Positions 40,994 through 55,131 of a stretch of DNA of 64,000 bases are shown piece after piece (position 1 is the first letter of the stretch; every line of letters starts with the position of its first letter). Origin of the DNA: the human T2T-CHM13v2.0 reference genome, Homo sapiens; NCBI RefSeq assembly GCF_009914755.1, contig NC_060925.1; one strand, given 5' to 3'. The position numbers were made by a program, and so were the translations under genes. Below the pieces are notes generated by a model. That model had not been told where the DNA came from. It did not search any database and was given only the letters and a program-made list of their open reading frames with translations.

Positions 40994-41245
40994 CTGCACA
41001 GAGCTGCCGGGCAGAGATGGAGTCAGAATTGTTGCTGACAGGGTTCTGGGCTGTACACGTGTAAGTCAGCTCTTGGTCCTCAGGAGTCTGGAAGATTTGA
41101 AGGACATTACCCTCTTCTCCCAGGGGACTCCAATTGTATGTCACATTCTTTTCTTCTTTCTCTACAGAGCATGTCAGTGTGACATTACAGGTGCTGTTCA
41201 CAGATGCCATTAAACTCTGTGTAATTTTTGGTTTCCCAAGCCGAC
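40994..41245 (-). CDS. CD84: CD84 IgC2 domain exon
   Basis: cccccacag|GT CGG CTT GGG AAA CCA...TGT GCA G|gtaacc; 252 nt, phase 1-1. RLGKPKITQSLMASVNSTCNVTLTCSV...YTCTAQNPVSNNSDSISARQLCA has the four-Cys SLAM C2 pattern. Confidence 0.97.
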
Positions 41246-41267
41246 CTGTGGGGGCAAACACATGAGC

Positions 41268-42482
<1,215 letters not shown>

Positions 42483-44694
42483 AAATAATCTTTAAAATTT
42501 TTTTTCATTCTGTTTTCTGGTGTATGTATATTTTCTTTATTTTTTAAAAACTATCCATGGTGGAAAGCTATAATTTCTTTAAAAGTTCATTAAAATGTTT
42601 TTACTTAAGCAATCAAAAAGTAAACTATAAAAGTTGAAGGCTAGTAAAGGGTTACTAAAGAACAATAATAATTCAAGTGATAGCTAGGACTGGAGCTGGC
42701 ATGGGGAAGCGTTAAGGTCTTTTCTTTTACCAGGAATAAGAAAATGACCACATTTGGAGTTAATAAGTTCAGCGCCCTCTCAGCAAAGTTGCTGTGGTGG
42801 GGTTTGTTTCTTCCACTGTAGCTATGTGAGGAAGGGAATAGAGGAGTCAGAAGGAACTGGTGCACAACTAGAAAGGCAATAAATTCAGAAGTGTAGACAC
42901 AAGATATAAGAACCATTATCTTGCGTTTGTGAAGGAACTCAACATGAACAGTAAGAAGCTGTAAAAATGTTTGATTCCAAGCTAGCCAGAAATTCTGGTC
43001 CTAACAATCTTTTAGAGGGATCTATTCCATATTAGAATTAGTGAAGACTTGGAATAAACCCAAAACAAGTTTGGGGTACAGACCTGGATTAACTATAATA
43101 GTGACTGATACGATATCAATTAGTAGAAAGTGAACAAAATTTTGTGTGTGTGCGTGTGTGTTTCTTTAGAAATTTGATTTACAAAAATGCCTAGGGAGTG
43201 CTTGGTGTTTACCAATTGTTGGGGGTAGGTGTTGAGGTAGGGGACAGTGGTAAAGAAGAGGATCCCATCTCACTTTTCTCAGCAGGAACAGAGGTGTTGC
43301 CTGCACAAAGATGCTGGGAAGAGAAAGTCAGAGTCATGGCCGACAGATCTTCATCCTCCCAAGCCAAGATTGTGGAAGCCACTGGAGACCTGGTTCAGAA
43401 TCCAGGCTCTACTGCTCTCTAGCTATGGAATAATGGAGAAGGTATACAGATTCATGGAGCTTCAGCTCCCTTATTTATAACATGAGGGTAAAAATTTTTC
43501 CCTAAATACAATTGTTGTGAGGATTAAATGAGATTTTGAAGATAAAGATTATTCTAATTACCTATTTACTTATCTATCATCTATCTGTCTGTCTATGCTG
43601 GTATGCACATTAATTATCTATGGAAGACACAGAAGAAGCTGGCTACAGCCACTGCCTCTGAGAAGAGAGAGTTACATCTCATTGTATTATCTTTTGCTCT
43701 TTTTGTGCATACAGTGCTTAAATATGTATAGTCTATATATTTTTAAAATAGATATTAGAATGCCAAACACATAAATGATGTTCAATAAATGTTAGTTTCC
43801 TTCTCTTTATTTTCCCAGCTAACTACCCATAAGGTACAGATTTTATTGTATATACAGTACAGCTTTCTCTAAGATATTACTGTACTGTGTCCTAATTGCA
43901 CGTGGTAGAAGACTTTCTGAAGATTGGGTAGGCAAAATTAAACATATAAAGGGTTAAAAATCAATATCTTAAAATTGAATACCATCTTTATTTTCTCAGC
44001 TAAAGTTCTCGAATGAGTTAAATATTTTCTAAAGGGTTGACATTTGGGTATGGCTCTTTGACTACATTATTCAAGCCTAGTTCAGAGCCTTCTTCATCTA
44101 GGAAGTCCTTCATAATGAGATTTTTTTTAAGGGATAAGGATTAAAAAATTAATGATTACTAGTTATTGAGCATTTACTTTAAGGCAGGCACTATACTAGG
44201 GAGCTCAACTACCATTATCTCATTTAATACCATCAATTACGATCTACATTCTATAAGTGAGGAAACTTTGGAACAGAGAGGTTAAACAACTTGCCCAAGA
44301 TCATACAGCTGGCAAAGTATGCCTAATCCCAACATTAGCGTTCTTTCCGCTATGCTGTCCATCGGTATAGAAACTGATTCAATCATCTTATATTAATCGA
44401 ACATTCACAATTGCTAAGCACTGTGAAACCTGGGAATAATACTATTCATTCATTCTTTTTCAACAAATACTTCTGGAGCATCCACTATGTACCTGATGAT
44501 GTTGGTGCTGGGAATACAGTGATAAACAATATACAAAGTCCCTGCCTTTATGGAACTTGCATTTTAGTGGGTGACCTATATACCTGAATTGCATCTGTCA
44601 CAACATGGATTACCCACATTTCTGTGTTTTTCTGCAATGAGGCAGATGAACAGTGAAATCTTTGAGAAATGGCCAAGGTGTTCTCTATGCTAGA

Positions 44695-47600
44695 AACTAG
44701 TGTTGCCCAAAAGAAATGTAATGTGAGTCACTTATGTAATTTTAAATTTTCTAATAATCACATTTCAAAAGTCAAAACAAGCAGGTAATATTACTTTTAA
44801 ATTATGCATTATATTTAACCCAATATAACAAAAATTTCTTTTCCCTAATATGAAAATTACTGAGGAGGGGGCGTCTGCCATCTCTGTGGTTCAGTAGCTT
44901 CAGCCATTCCAGCCTACCAGCTTTGGAGAGTTCAAATGATCTGGAGGAGGAAGGGTCCCCTACAACGCGGCACAGCTGCTTTGCCAGATCAGACTGCTGC
45001 TTTACTCTCACTGGGTGGGACCTCCCTGCAGGGGCTTCAGCCACTCTAGCCAGGGTTATACAGACAGAGTTTTGAATTCTCCCTGGGGCAGAGCTCCTAT
45101 GGGGAGGGGCGGCCACCATTTCTGCCATTCAGTCAACTCAGCTGTTCCAGCCTGCTGGCTTTGGAGAGTCCAGAGAGTCTGGACAAGGAAGGGAGCCTCC
45201 AATGCAGCACACCTGCTCTATCAAAAAGCAACCAGACTGATTCTTTTTGTGGGTCCCTGATCCTGTTCCTCCTGACAGGTTGAGACCTCCCAACAGAGGT
45301 CCCTAGCCACCTCCTACAGGTGTATTCAGGCTGGCAACAGGTCAGTACACCCCTGGGATGGAGCTTCCAGAAAAAGGAGCAGGCTGCCATCTTTGCTGTT
45401 TTGCAGACTTCACTCGTGATACCTCCAGGTATAGGAAAAACTGAGGCAATTAGGGTCTGGAGTGGACCCTCAGCAAACTGCAACAGCCCCACAGAAGAGT
45501 AGCCTGACTATTGAAAGAAAAACCAACAAACAGAAAACAACAGCATCAACAAAAAAGACCTCAGAAAAACCCCATTGGAAGGTCAGTGACCTCAAAGATA
45601 AAAAGTAGATAAGCCCACAAAGATAATAAAGAATTAATGCAAAAATGCTGAAAACTCAAAAAGCCAGGATGCCTCTTCTTCTCCAAATGACCACAATACC
45701 TCTCCAGCAAAAGCAAAGAACTGGGCTGAGGCTGAGATGGCTGCATTGACAGAAGTAGGCTTCAGAAGGTGGGTAATAACAAACTTTGCTGAGCTAAAGG
45801 AGCATGTTCTAACTCAATGCAAAGAAGCTAAGAATTATGATAAGACAATACAGGAGCTGATAGCCAGAATAGCCAGTTTAGAGAGGAACAAAACCGACCT
45901 GATGGAGCTGAAAACCACAACACGAGATACTGATCACAAGTATCAACAGCAGAACAGACCAAGTGGAGGAAAGAATCATAGAACTTGAAGACTATCTTTC
46001 TGAAATAAGACAGGCAGACAAGAAAAAAGAAAAAAGAATGAAAAGGAATGAATGAAACCTCCAAGACATATGGAGTTATGTATAGAGACCAAACCTATGA
46101 CCAATTGGGGTAGCTGAAAGAGATGGGGAGAATGGAACTAAGTTGGAAAACATACTTCAAGATATCATCCAGGAGAACTTCCCCAGCCTAGCAAGACAGG
46201 CCAACCTTCAGATTCAGGAAATGCAGAGAACACAAGTGAGATACTCCATGAGAAAATCAACCCCAGGACACGTAATCATCAGATTCTCCAAGGTCGAAAT
46301 GAAAGTAAAAATGTTAAGGCAACCAGAGAGAAAGGCCAGGTCACCTACAAAGGGAAGCACATCAGACTAAAAGTGTACCTCTCAGTAGAAACTCTACAAG
46401 CCAGAAGAGATTGGGGGCCAATAGTCAACATTATTGAAGAAAACCATTTTCAACCCAGAATTTCATATCTGGCCAAACTAAGCTTCATAAGTGAAGAAGA
46501 AATAAAATCCTTTCCAAACAAGCAAATGCTGAAGGAATTTGCGACCACCAGGCCTGCCTTGCAAGAGCTCCTGAAGGAAGCACTAAATAAGGAAAGGGAA
46601 AACAGGTACCAGCCACTACAAAAACACACTGAAGTATGCAGACCAGTGACACTATGAAGCAACTACATAAACAAGTCTGCAAAATAACCAGCTAGCATAA
46701 TGATGACACGATCAAATTCACACATAACAACACTAACCTTAAGTGTAAATGCGCTAAATGCCCCCAATTTAAAAAATCACAGAATGGCAAACTGGTATGC
46801 TGAGACCCATTTGTATGCTGTCTTCAAGAGACCCATCTCACATGCAAAGACACACATAGGCTCAAAATAAAGGGATAGGGAAAAATTTACCAAGCAAATG
46901 GGAAACAGAAAAAAGCAGAAGTTACAATCCTAGTTTCTGACAAAATAGACTTTAAAGCAACAAAGATAAAAAAAGACAAAGAAGGACATTACATGATGGT
47001 AATGGGTAACTACCCTTTACCAGGATAGTTAGGATAGTGCTAACTATCCTAAATATATATGCACACAATACAGGAGCACTCAAATCCATAAAGCAAGTTC
47101 TTAGAGATCTACAAAAAGACTTAGACTCTCACACAATAATAATGGGAGAGTTAAACACCCTACTTACCATATTAGACAGACCATTAAGGCAGAAAGTTTA
47201 CAAAGATATTCAGAACCTAAACTCAGCTCTGGATCAAGTATACCTGTAGACCTCTACAGAACTCTCCACCCGAATTCCACAGAATATATATTCTTCTCAA
47301 CACCGTATGCACTTACTTTAAAATTGATCACATAATAGGAAGTAAAACACTCCTCAGCAAACGCGAAAGACCTGAAATCATTCAGGGAAACAGTCTCTCA
47401 GATCATAGCACAATCAAATTAGAGCTCAAAATTAAGAAATTCACTCATAACCACACAATTACATGGAAATTCAACAATCTGTTCCTGAATGACTCTTGGG
47501 TAAACAATGAAATTAAGGCAGAAATCAAGTTCTTTGAAACTAATGAGAACAAAGAGACAATGTACCAGAATCTCTGCAAGGCAGGCTAAAGGATTGTTAA

Positions 47601-50600
47601 GAGGGAAACTTACAGCACTAAATGCCCACATCAAAAAGCTAGAAAGATCTCAAGTTAACAACCTAACATCACAACTAAAAGAACTATAGAACCAAAAACA
47701 AACAAACCCCAAAGCTAGCAGAAGATGAGAAATAATAAAGATCAGGGCTGAACTGAAGGAGACAGAGACACAAAAAACCATTCAAAAAATCAACAAATCC
47801 AGAAGTTGGCTTTTTGAAAAAATGAGAAAAATAGAGAGACTGCTAGCTAGACTAGTAAAGAAGAAAAGAGAGAAGAATCAAATAAACACAATAAAAAATG
47901 ATAAAGGGGATATCATCACTGACCCCAAAGCAATACAAACAACCATCAGAGAATACTATAAATATCTCTATGTACATAAACTAGAAAATATAGAAGAAAT
48001 GGATAAATTCCTGGACACTTACACACTCCCAAGACTGAGCCAGGAAGAAGTTGAATTTTTGAACAGACCAATAACAAGTTCTGAAATTGAGGCAGTACTA
48101 AATAGCCTACCAACCAAAAACAAAACAAAACAAAACAAAACAAAAGCCAGGACCAGACAGATTCACAGCTGAGTTCTACAAGAAGTACAAAGAAGAGCTG
48201 GCATAATTTCTACTAAAATTATTCCAAAAAATTGAAAAGGAGGAACTCTTCCTTAACTCATTCTGAGGCCATCATCATCCTGATACCAAAACCTGGTAGA
48301 GATAAAACCAAAAAAGGAAACTTCAGGCCAATATCCTTAATGAACATTGATGCAGAAATCCTCAGTAAAATGCTGGCAAACCAAAACCAGCAGCACATCA
48401 TAAAGCTTATCCACCACGACCAAGCTGGCTTCATCCCTAGGATGCAAGTTTGGTTCAACATATCCAAATCAGTAAGTGTGATTCATCACATAAATAGTAC
48501 TGAAGACAAAACCCACAGATCATCTCAACTGAGGCAGAAGGGCCTTCAATAAAATTCAACATCACTTCATGTTAAACACTCTCCATAACTTAGGTATTGA
48601 AGGAACACACCTCAAAATAATAAGAGCCACATATGACAAACTCACGCCAATATCATACTGAATGGGCAAAAGCAGGAAGCATTCCCTGTGAAAACCAGCA
48701 CAGGACAAGAATGCCCTCTTTCATCACTCCTATTCAACATAGTATTGAAAGTTCTGGCAAGAGCAATCAGGCAAGAGAAAGAAATAAAGGGTATTCGAAT
48801 AGGGAGAGAGGAAGTCAAACTGTCTCCGTTTGCAGATGACATGATCCTATATCTAGAAAACCCCATAATCTCAGGCCAATATTTTCTTAAGCTGTTAAAC
48901 AACTTCAGCAATCCTCAAGGATACAAAATCAATGGGCAAAAATCACTAATGTTCCTATACACCAACAGCAGGCAAGCAGAGAGCCAAATAATTAATGAAC
49001 TCCCATTCACAATTGCTACAAAAAGATTAATATGCCTAGGAATACAGCTAACAAGGAAAGTGAAGGACATTCACAATTGCTACAAAAAGATTAATATGCC
49101 TAGGAATACAGCTAACAAGGAAAGTGAAGGACCTCTTCAAGGGGAACTACAAACCACTGCTCAAAGAAATCAGAGAGGACACAAATAAGTGGAAAAACAT
49201 TCCATGCTCATGGATAGGAAGAATCAATATCATGAAAATGGCCATACTGCCCAAAGTAATTTATAGATTCTAAGCTATTCACATTAGACTACTATTGACA
49301 TTCTTCATAGAATTAGAAAAAACTACTTTAAAATTCATATGGATGAAAAAGAGCCTGAATAGCCAAGACAGTCCTAAGCAAAAAGAACAAAACTGGAGGC
49401 ATCACACTACCCAACTTCAAACTATACTACAAGGCCAAGGTAACCAAAACAGCACGGCACTGGTACAAAAACAGACACATAGACCAATGGAACAGAATAA
49501 AGAACTCAAAAATAAGACCACACACCAGCAATTATCAGATTTTCGACAAACCTGACAAAAACAATGGGAAAAGGATTCCCTATTTAAAAATGGTGCAGGG
49601 AGAACTGGCTAGCCACATGCAGAAAATTGAAACTGGACCACTCCCTTATACCTTAAACAAAAATTAATTCAAGGTGAATTAAAGACTTAAATGTAAAGCC
49701 CCAAAGTATAAAAACCCTATAAGAAAATCTGGGCAATACCATTCAGGACATAGGCACGGGCAAAGATTTCATGATGAAAATGTCAAAAGCAATTGCAACA
49801 AAAGCAAAAATTGACAAATGGGATCTGATTAAACTAAAGAGCTTCTGCACAGCAAAAGAAACTATCATCAGAGTGAACAAACAACCTACAGAATGGGAGA
49901 AAATTTTTCCAGTCTATCCATCTGACAAAGGTCTAATATCCAGAGTCCACAAGGAACTTAAACAAACGTTTAAGGAAAAAACAAACAGAAAAAAAACCAC
50001 ACACAGCCCCATTAAAAACTGGGCAAAAACCATGAACAGACACTTCTCAAAAGAAGACATTCATGCAGCCAACAAACATGTGAAAAAAAGCTAAACATCA
50101 CTGATCATTAGAAAAATGCAAATCAAAACCACAATGAGATACCATCTCCTGCCCGTCAGAATGGCAATTATTAATAAAGTCAAGAAACAACAGATGCTGG
50201 CAAGATTGCAGGGAAAAAGAAATGCTTTTACAATGTTGGTGGGAGTGTAAATTAGTTAATTCCAACCATTGTGGAAGACAGTGTGGCCATTCCTCAGAAA
50301 CCTAGAGGCAGAAATACCATTTGTTCCAGCAAACCCATTATTGGGTGTATACCCCAAAGAATATAAATCATTCTATTATAAAGATACTTGCACATGTATG
50401 TTCATTGCAGCACTATTCACAATAGCTAAGATATGGAATCAACCCAAATGCCCATCAATGATAGATTGGATAAAGAAAATGTGGTACATATATGCCATGG
50501 AATACTATGCAGCCATAAAAAGGAACAAGATCATGTCCTTTTCAGGGACATGGATGGAGTTGGAAGCCATTACCCTCAGCAAACTAATGCAGGAACAGAA

Positions 50601-51025
50601 AACCGAACACCACATGTTCTCACTTATAAGTGGGAGATGAATGATGAGAACACATGGAGGGGAACAACACACACTGGGACCTGTTGGAGAGGGGTTGGGG
50701 GAGAGAGAGGATCAGGAAGGTTAGCTAATGGATGTTGGTCTTAATACCTAGATGATGGAATGATCTGTGCAGCAAACCACCATGGCACACATTTACCTAT
50801 GTAACAAACTTTGACATCCTGCACATGTACCCCTGAACTTAAAATAAACATTGAAGAAAAAAAAGAAAATTATTGAGATATTTTATATATTTTTTTGGTG
50901 CTAAGATTTCAAGATCTGGTATGAATTTTACACTTACAGCACATCTCAATTTGGACTCACCACATTTCAGATGCTCAAGAGCTGCATGTGTCTAGAGGCT
51001 ACCATAGTGAATAGGGCAGCACTAG
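44695..51025. mobile_element. MER33-like hAT-Charlie element split in two by the L1 insertion (parts ~44695-44864 and ~50865-51025)
   Basis: aatgtgagtcacttatgtaattttaaattttcta...atttaacccaatata on the left continues as acacttacagcacatctcaatttggact...ggctaccatagtgaatagggcagc on the right. Confidence 0.7.
44865..50864 (+). mobile_element. Near full-length decayed L1PA (older subfamily) in the CD84 IgV-IgC2 intron, antisense to CD84
   Basis: Partial 5'UTR with internal repeats, ORF1 fragments (45737-46657), ORF2 fragments (47037-50640) and A-tail. TSD GAAAATTA(C/T)TGAG at 44852-44864 and 50865-50877. Confidence 0.95.
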
Positions 51026-51029
51026 GTCC

Positions 51030-51200
51030 GTACTTTCTCAAACTTTGGCACAGGTGGGAATAATCCAGAGATAACATTAAACACAGATTCCTGGACTTCA
51101 TTCATTCACAAAGGTCAGGGGGAGGACCTGAACATTCGCATTTCCAAAAAGCTCCCAGTTGATGCTGATACTGCCAGTCTACAGACCACACTTGGGGTAG
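51030..51200. mobile_element. MER5-like DNA transposon relic
   Basis: ttctcaaactttg...acagattcctgg...gctcccagttgatgctgatactg...gaccacactt pattern. Confidence 0.65.
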
Positions 51201-51299
51201 CTTGCAAAACAAAGCACGCACATCTCCCAGTGAATTGTGGCAATTATAATGATGATAACAAATAGTTATAATATTTTACCTTTCAAAAGCACTTTGCAT

Positions 51300-52180
51300 T
51301 AACTACTAGAAATTCAAATTAAAACTAAATTGAGTTATCACTGCACACCCATCAGAATGGCCAAAATGAAAAATAATAACACCAAATGCTAGTGAGGATG
51401 TAGAGAAACTGGATCACTCATACATTCCTGGTGAGAATGGAAAGTTGAAAATAGTTTATCAGTTTCTTTTAAAGCTGTAAATGCCCTTATCATAAAATTA
51501 CATTCTTGAGCATTTATCCCAGAGAAATAAAAACTTATTTCATGCAGAAATGTGTACACATATATTCACAGCAGCTTTATTTGTAATAGCCCCAAACTGG
51601 AAAGAACTAAAATGTTCCTCAAGAGGTGAATGGTTAAACAACCTAGTGCATCCATACCGTGGAATACTATCTAGCAATAAAAAGGTATAAACTATTAGTA
51701 CACACAAGAGTTTGGATGAATCTCAGTGACATTACGCTAAGTGAAAAATACCCAACCTCAAAAAGATACGTCCTTCATTATTCCATCTACATAACATGTG
51801 TGAAATGACATAGTTGTAGATGTGAACAAACTGGTTGTTTTTCAGGGACTGGGGAAGGGAAAGATGGAGATGTGGCTATAAAGGGAGAGTATGAGGGAAT
51901 CTTGTGATGGTTAATCTTGATTATGGTAGTGGTTACACAAAACTACCCATGTGATTAAATTGTACAGAGCTACACACATACTCACACATAAATGAATGCA
52001 TGCATACGTGGTGAAACCTAAATAAGCTCTATAGATTGTGCTAATGTCAATTTCCTGTTTTTGATATTGTGCTATAGTTATGCAAGGTGTTAACACAGGG
52101 TGAAGGGTACATAGAACCTCCCTGTATATTTATTTGTACCTTCTTTGCATCTATCATGATCTCAAAATGAAAAGTTTTTT
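51300..52180 (+). mobile_element. Old L1M (L1MC/ME-like) 3' end
   Basis: acacccatcagaatggccaaaat...aactggatcactcatacatt...gaacctccctgtatatt pattern. Confidence 0.75.
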
Positions 52181-52502
52181 TAAAGCACTTTGCATACACT
52201 ATCTCATTTGATCCTCATGATAACCCTGGGAAGTGAGTAGTATGATCATTGACATTATGTAAAAAAGAAAACCAAGGCCCAGGGGACCAACTACTGATGG
52301 AAGAATTACATAGCTAAAAACAGGCAAAGTCAGGACTGAAATAAGACTACATCCTCTTATAAGTATTGATGTATCAATATGTAAGTATTTATAGATATAA
52401 AAAGATTTAGGGGACCCAATTATCAGAAATGTAGATGTGTTTCAGATAGCAAACTTGCAAAGTAAAAATAAAACACAAGCTCTCCGTCTTCCCATGACTT
52501 AC

Positions 52503-52844
52503 GATAGATTTGCAGGTTGTAGCGCTTGGTGGTGGTGTAGGGATCAGCCTGTGTATTTATGTCTGCTTTGTAGTCTCCTGCGTCTTCCATCCTCAGATCG
52601 CTAATGACCAGATTGTAGTTCGGACCTAAGGCATGTATCCGTTCATAATAATTTCTGTGGGTCACAGTAACTACGGGTGCTGTTTCTGAGTCTCCTGGTG
52701 TTACATAAGCAACAGATGTTTTAGAAGTCCAAGCAATGATTTTAACTTGCCGTGGTTCTTGGATATTTACAGGGAAAGTGACTGACTCTCCCAGAATCCC
52801 ATTCACTGTGAAGATTTCTGAGTCTTTTCCAGCTGCTTCCGGCC
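52503..52844 (-). CDS. CD84: CD84 (SLAMF5) IgV domain exon
   Basis: tatgttctcag|GG CCG GAA GCA...ATC TAT C|gtaagt; 342 nt, phase 1-1. PEAAGKDSEIFTVNGILGESVTFPVNIQ...DAGDYKADINTQADPYTTTKRYNLQIY is a CD2-type V domain lacking the disulfide and matches recalled CD84. Confidence 0.97.
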
Positions 52845-54962
52845 CTGAGAACATAAAAAGAAAACTGTAGCCATCTGACTGTTGCAGCTTTTTCACTTCC
52901 TAATCTTTTTGGCCTTGGAGCTCCCTGAGGAGCTGCCACAAATGCAGTTCACCCAGTTTCTTGAGGATGCCTTTTTTTTTTTTTGGCATTCTACTCTAGG
53001 TGTATTTAATATGTTATGACAACTAAATTTTCTAACGCATTCTCATTCAAAAACTAAGTTTCTCACTAGAGATCCATTTTGTTAAAAATATTTTTACCTA
53101 GACTTACAGACTCTGAAAGCTAGAAGGCATTTGAGAGGTGAAGGCCATAAGCCTCCACGTAGTCTAAGATATTAGGTGCACTTCTTTCCCAAGATCATAT
53201 TGCCAAGTGGTGGAAGAGCTAGAACAAGAACCTGGAATATCTTGGCTGATGGACTCTTGGGTCATTGCTTTTTATTTTCCTGTGATCTCTGTAAAAAGCA
53301 AGTAACACTTTTGTCTCTTTTCTTGGAAGATAGAAGCAGAGAGTGCTTTGGAGTCTCTGGAGAAAATATTCCCTAAGTTGGTGATTTTTAGGGATATTTT
53401 TCTGTTTACTTCCATATTCCTAGTCTCTAGAAGAGTGCCTAACACAGAGAAGGGGCTTAATAAATATTTGTGGAATTAATTGATAGAATTTACTCATGAG
53501 TTTCCTAGACTCTCTTGGAACAACTTCTGAAGTAAGCAAGTTTCGTTTATTCATTCATACATTTGTGAATGGTTGCATGTATTTATTCAGGATCAGTTTT
53601 GCTCCAGATACTATGGTGGGTATTTGTTAATTTAATTTATAATGTAAGTGTTTGTTGGACATCTACTCTTTTAAACAAGATACGAGGAGCTGAGGATACA
53701 ACGGCGAGAAGAAACAGATATAATTCTTGCTCTTTGAGACTTACAATCAGAGGAAGATACCAATGTTGATCAGATAACCATAGAAACAAATGGATAGGCA
53801 CAAAATATGTAAGCATTATGGTGATTTGAGAGAGACCAGCAAGGGGACTTGATCTGTTCTGGGAATCGAGGGAACATTTCCTAGTGAAAACTTAAGGATG
53901 AATACTTTTAAAATGTAACATGGGAAGATGAAAAGCTTATTTTCTCCTCCCTTTTCTCTCCTCTATCACTTTTGAAGATAAACTGATTTAATATATAGTT
54001 TGTAAAATGAGAGACAATGTAACTTCAAGACATTATTTTTCTGCTCTTTCTCCTCCTCTTCTTCATTATCCTATAATTCTCAATGAGGGCTCTTTAGTGA
54101 GAAACACTGTTTGGGGCAAGCATAGATGATATCCAAAGTATTTAATAACCAATATGACGTGGGCCTTGACCAATCAGAAAGGGTGTTAGCCATAAACAAA
54201 CTAGTTGAGCGGTTCTGGTGTGTACTGGTTGCATGTAGGCTCTGATGACCAGACATCAGTTTTCCACATAAGTGGGTTCAGGTTGACCCTAAAGTTTATC
54301 CAAGGCTTGGTATACGGAAGAATAAGGATCATAAAGTATACACGTCCCTTGAAAGTGGCACAAAAAAAGCGATTTCTTAACCTGATGGTGTTGTCTCACT
54401 ATGGCTACCCTTGCTCTTCAGCTCAGCAACCACTGAAAGAGCCCCAGGAACAGCTGATGTAAAGCTCTTTCCTTTCTGACCAACAGAGATTTTCCCGTAG
54501 GAGCAGTATCCGGGACAAGGCCTGAGGATTTAGTTGGGGGTTGGCTAAGTACAGAAGATACAACAGGGTGGGGAGTATGTGGAGTGGGAGTAGGAAGGGG
54601 GAAATTGGGAACCCTTATCTGCAAACATTTATTAACTGCTAATTATGTGTCAGATGCTGTGTTAGGGACACAGGGATAAACAGGACATCGTTGCAGCCCT
54701 GAGGAGCTCACAGCCTAGAAAATAAGACAGATGTGGTCACAAGTGAAAGACAATACAACACGATGAGTGCTAAATGGTAAAAGCAATAGAAATAAGCCAT
54801 TGGGGTAGCGGGTCAGAAAGAGGCTAATGCTGCCTTTGGTGGTAAGAGTCATAGTTTGCCAAAATTTAAGAACATTAATTCTTCCCAGATAAACTGTTTT
54901 TCTGGGCTGACGGGTTCTAGGAGAGGGGTATTTGGAGTGTCCCAGCGTGAATCCCTGGATGG

Positions 54963-55131
54963 TCCAGGCATGGGCATGTGATCTATGCAGTTGCACAGAA
55001 CCCTGAATTCAAAAGGACCCTGAACTGGACTTAAGGCTGCGTTGCCACCTTTAAATTCTACATACTATTTAAACAAGGGGCCCTCCATTTTCGTTTTGCA
55101 CTGGGCCTCGCAAATTATCTAGCCAGTCCTG
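54963..55131. mobile_element. MER45A-like hAT-Tip100 element
   Basis: catgggcatgtgatctatgcagttgcacag...aacaaggggccctccattttcgttttgcactgggcc...tagccagtcctg. Confidence 0.7.
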
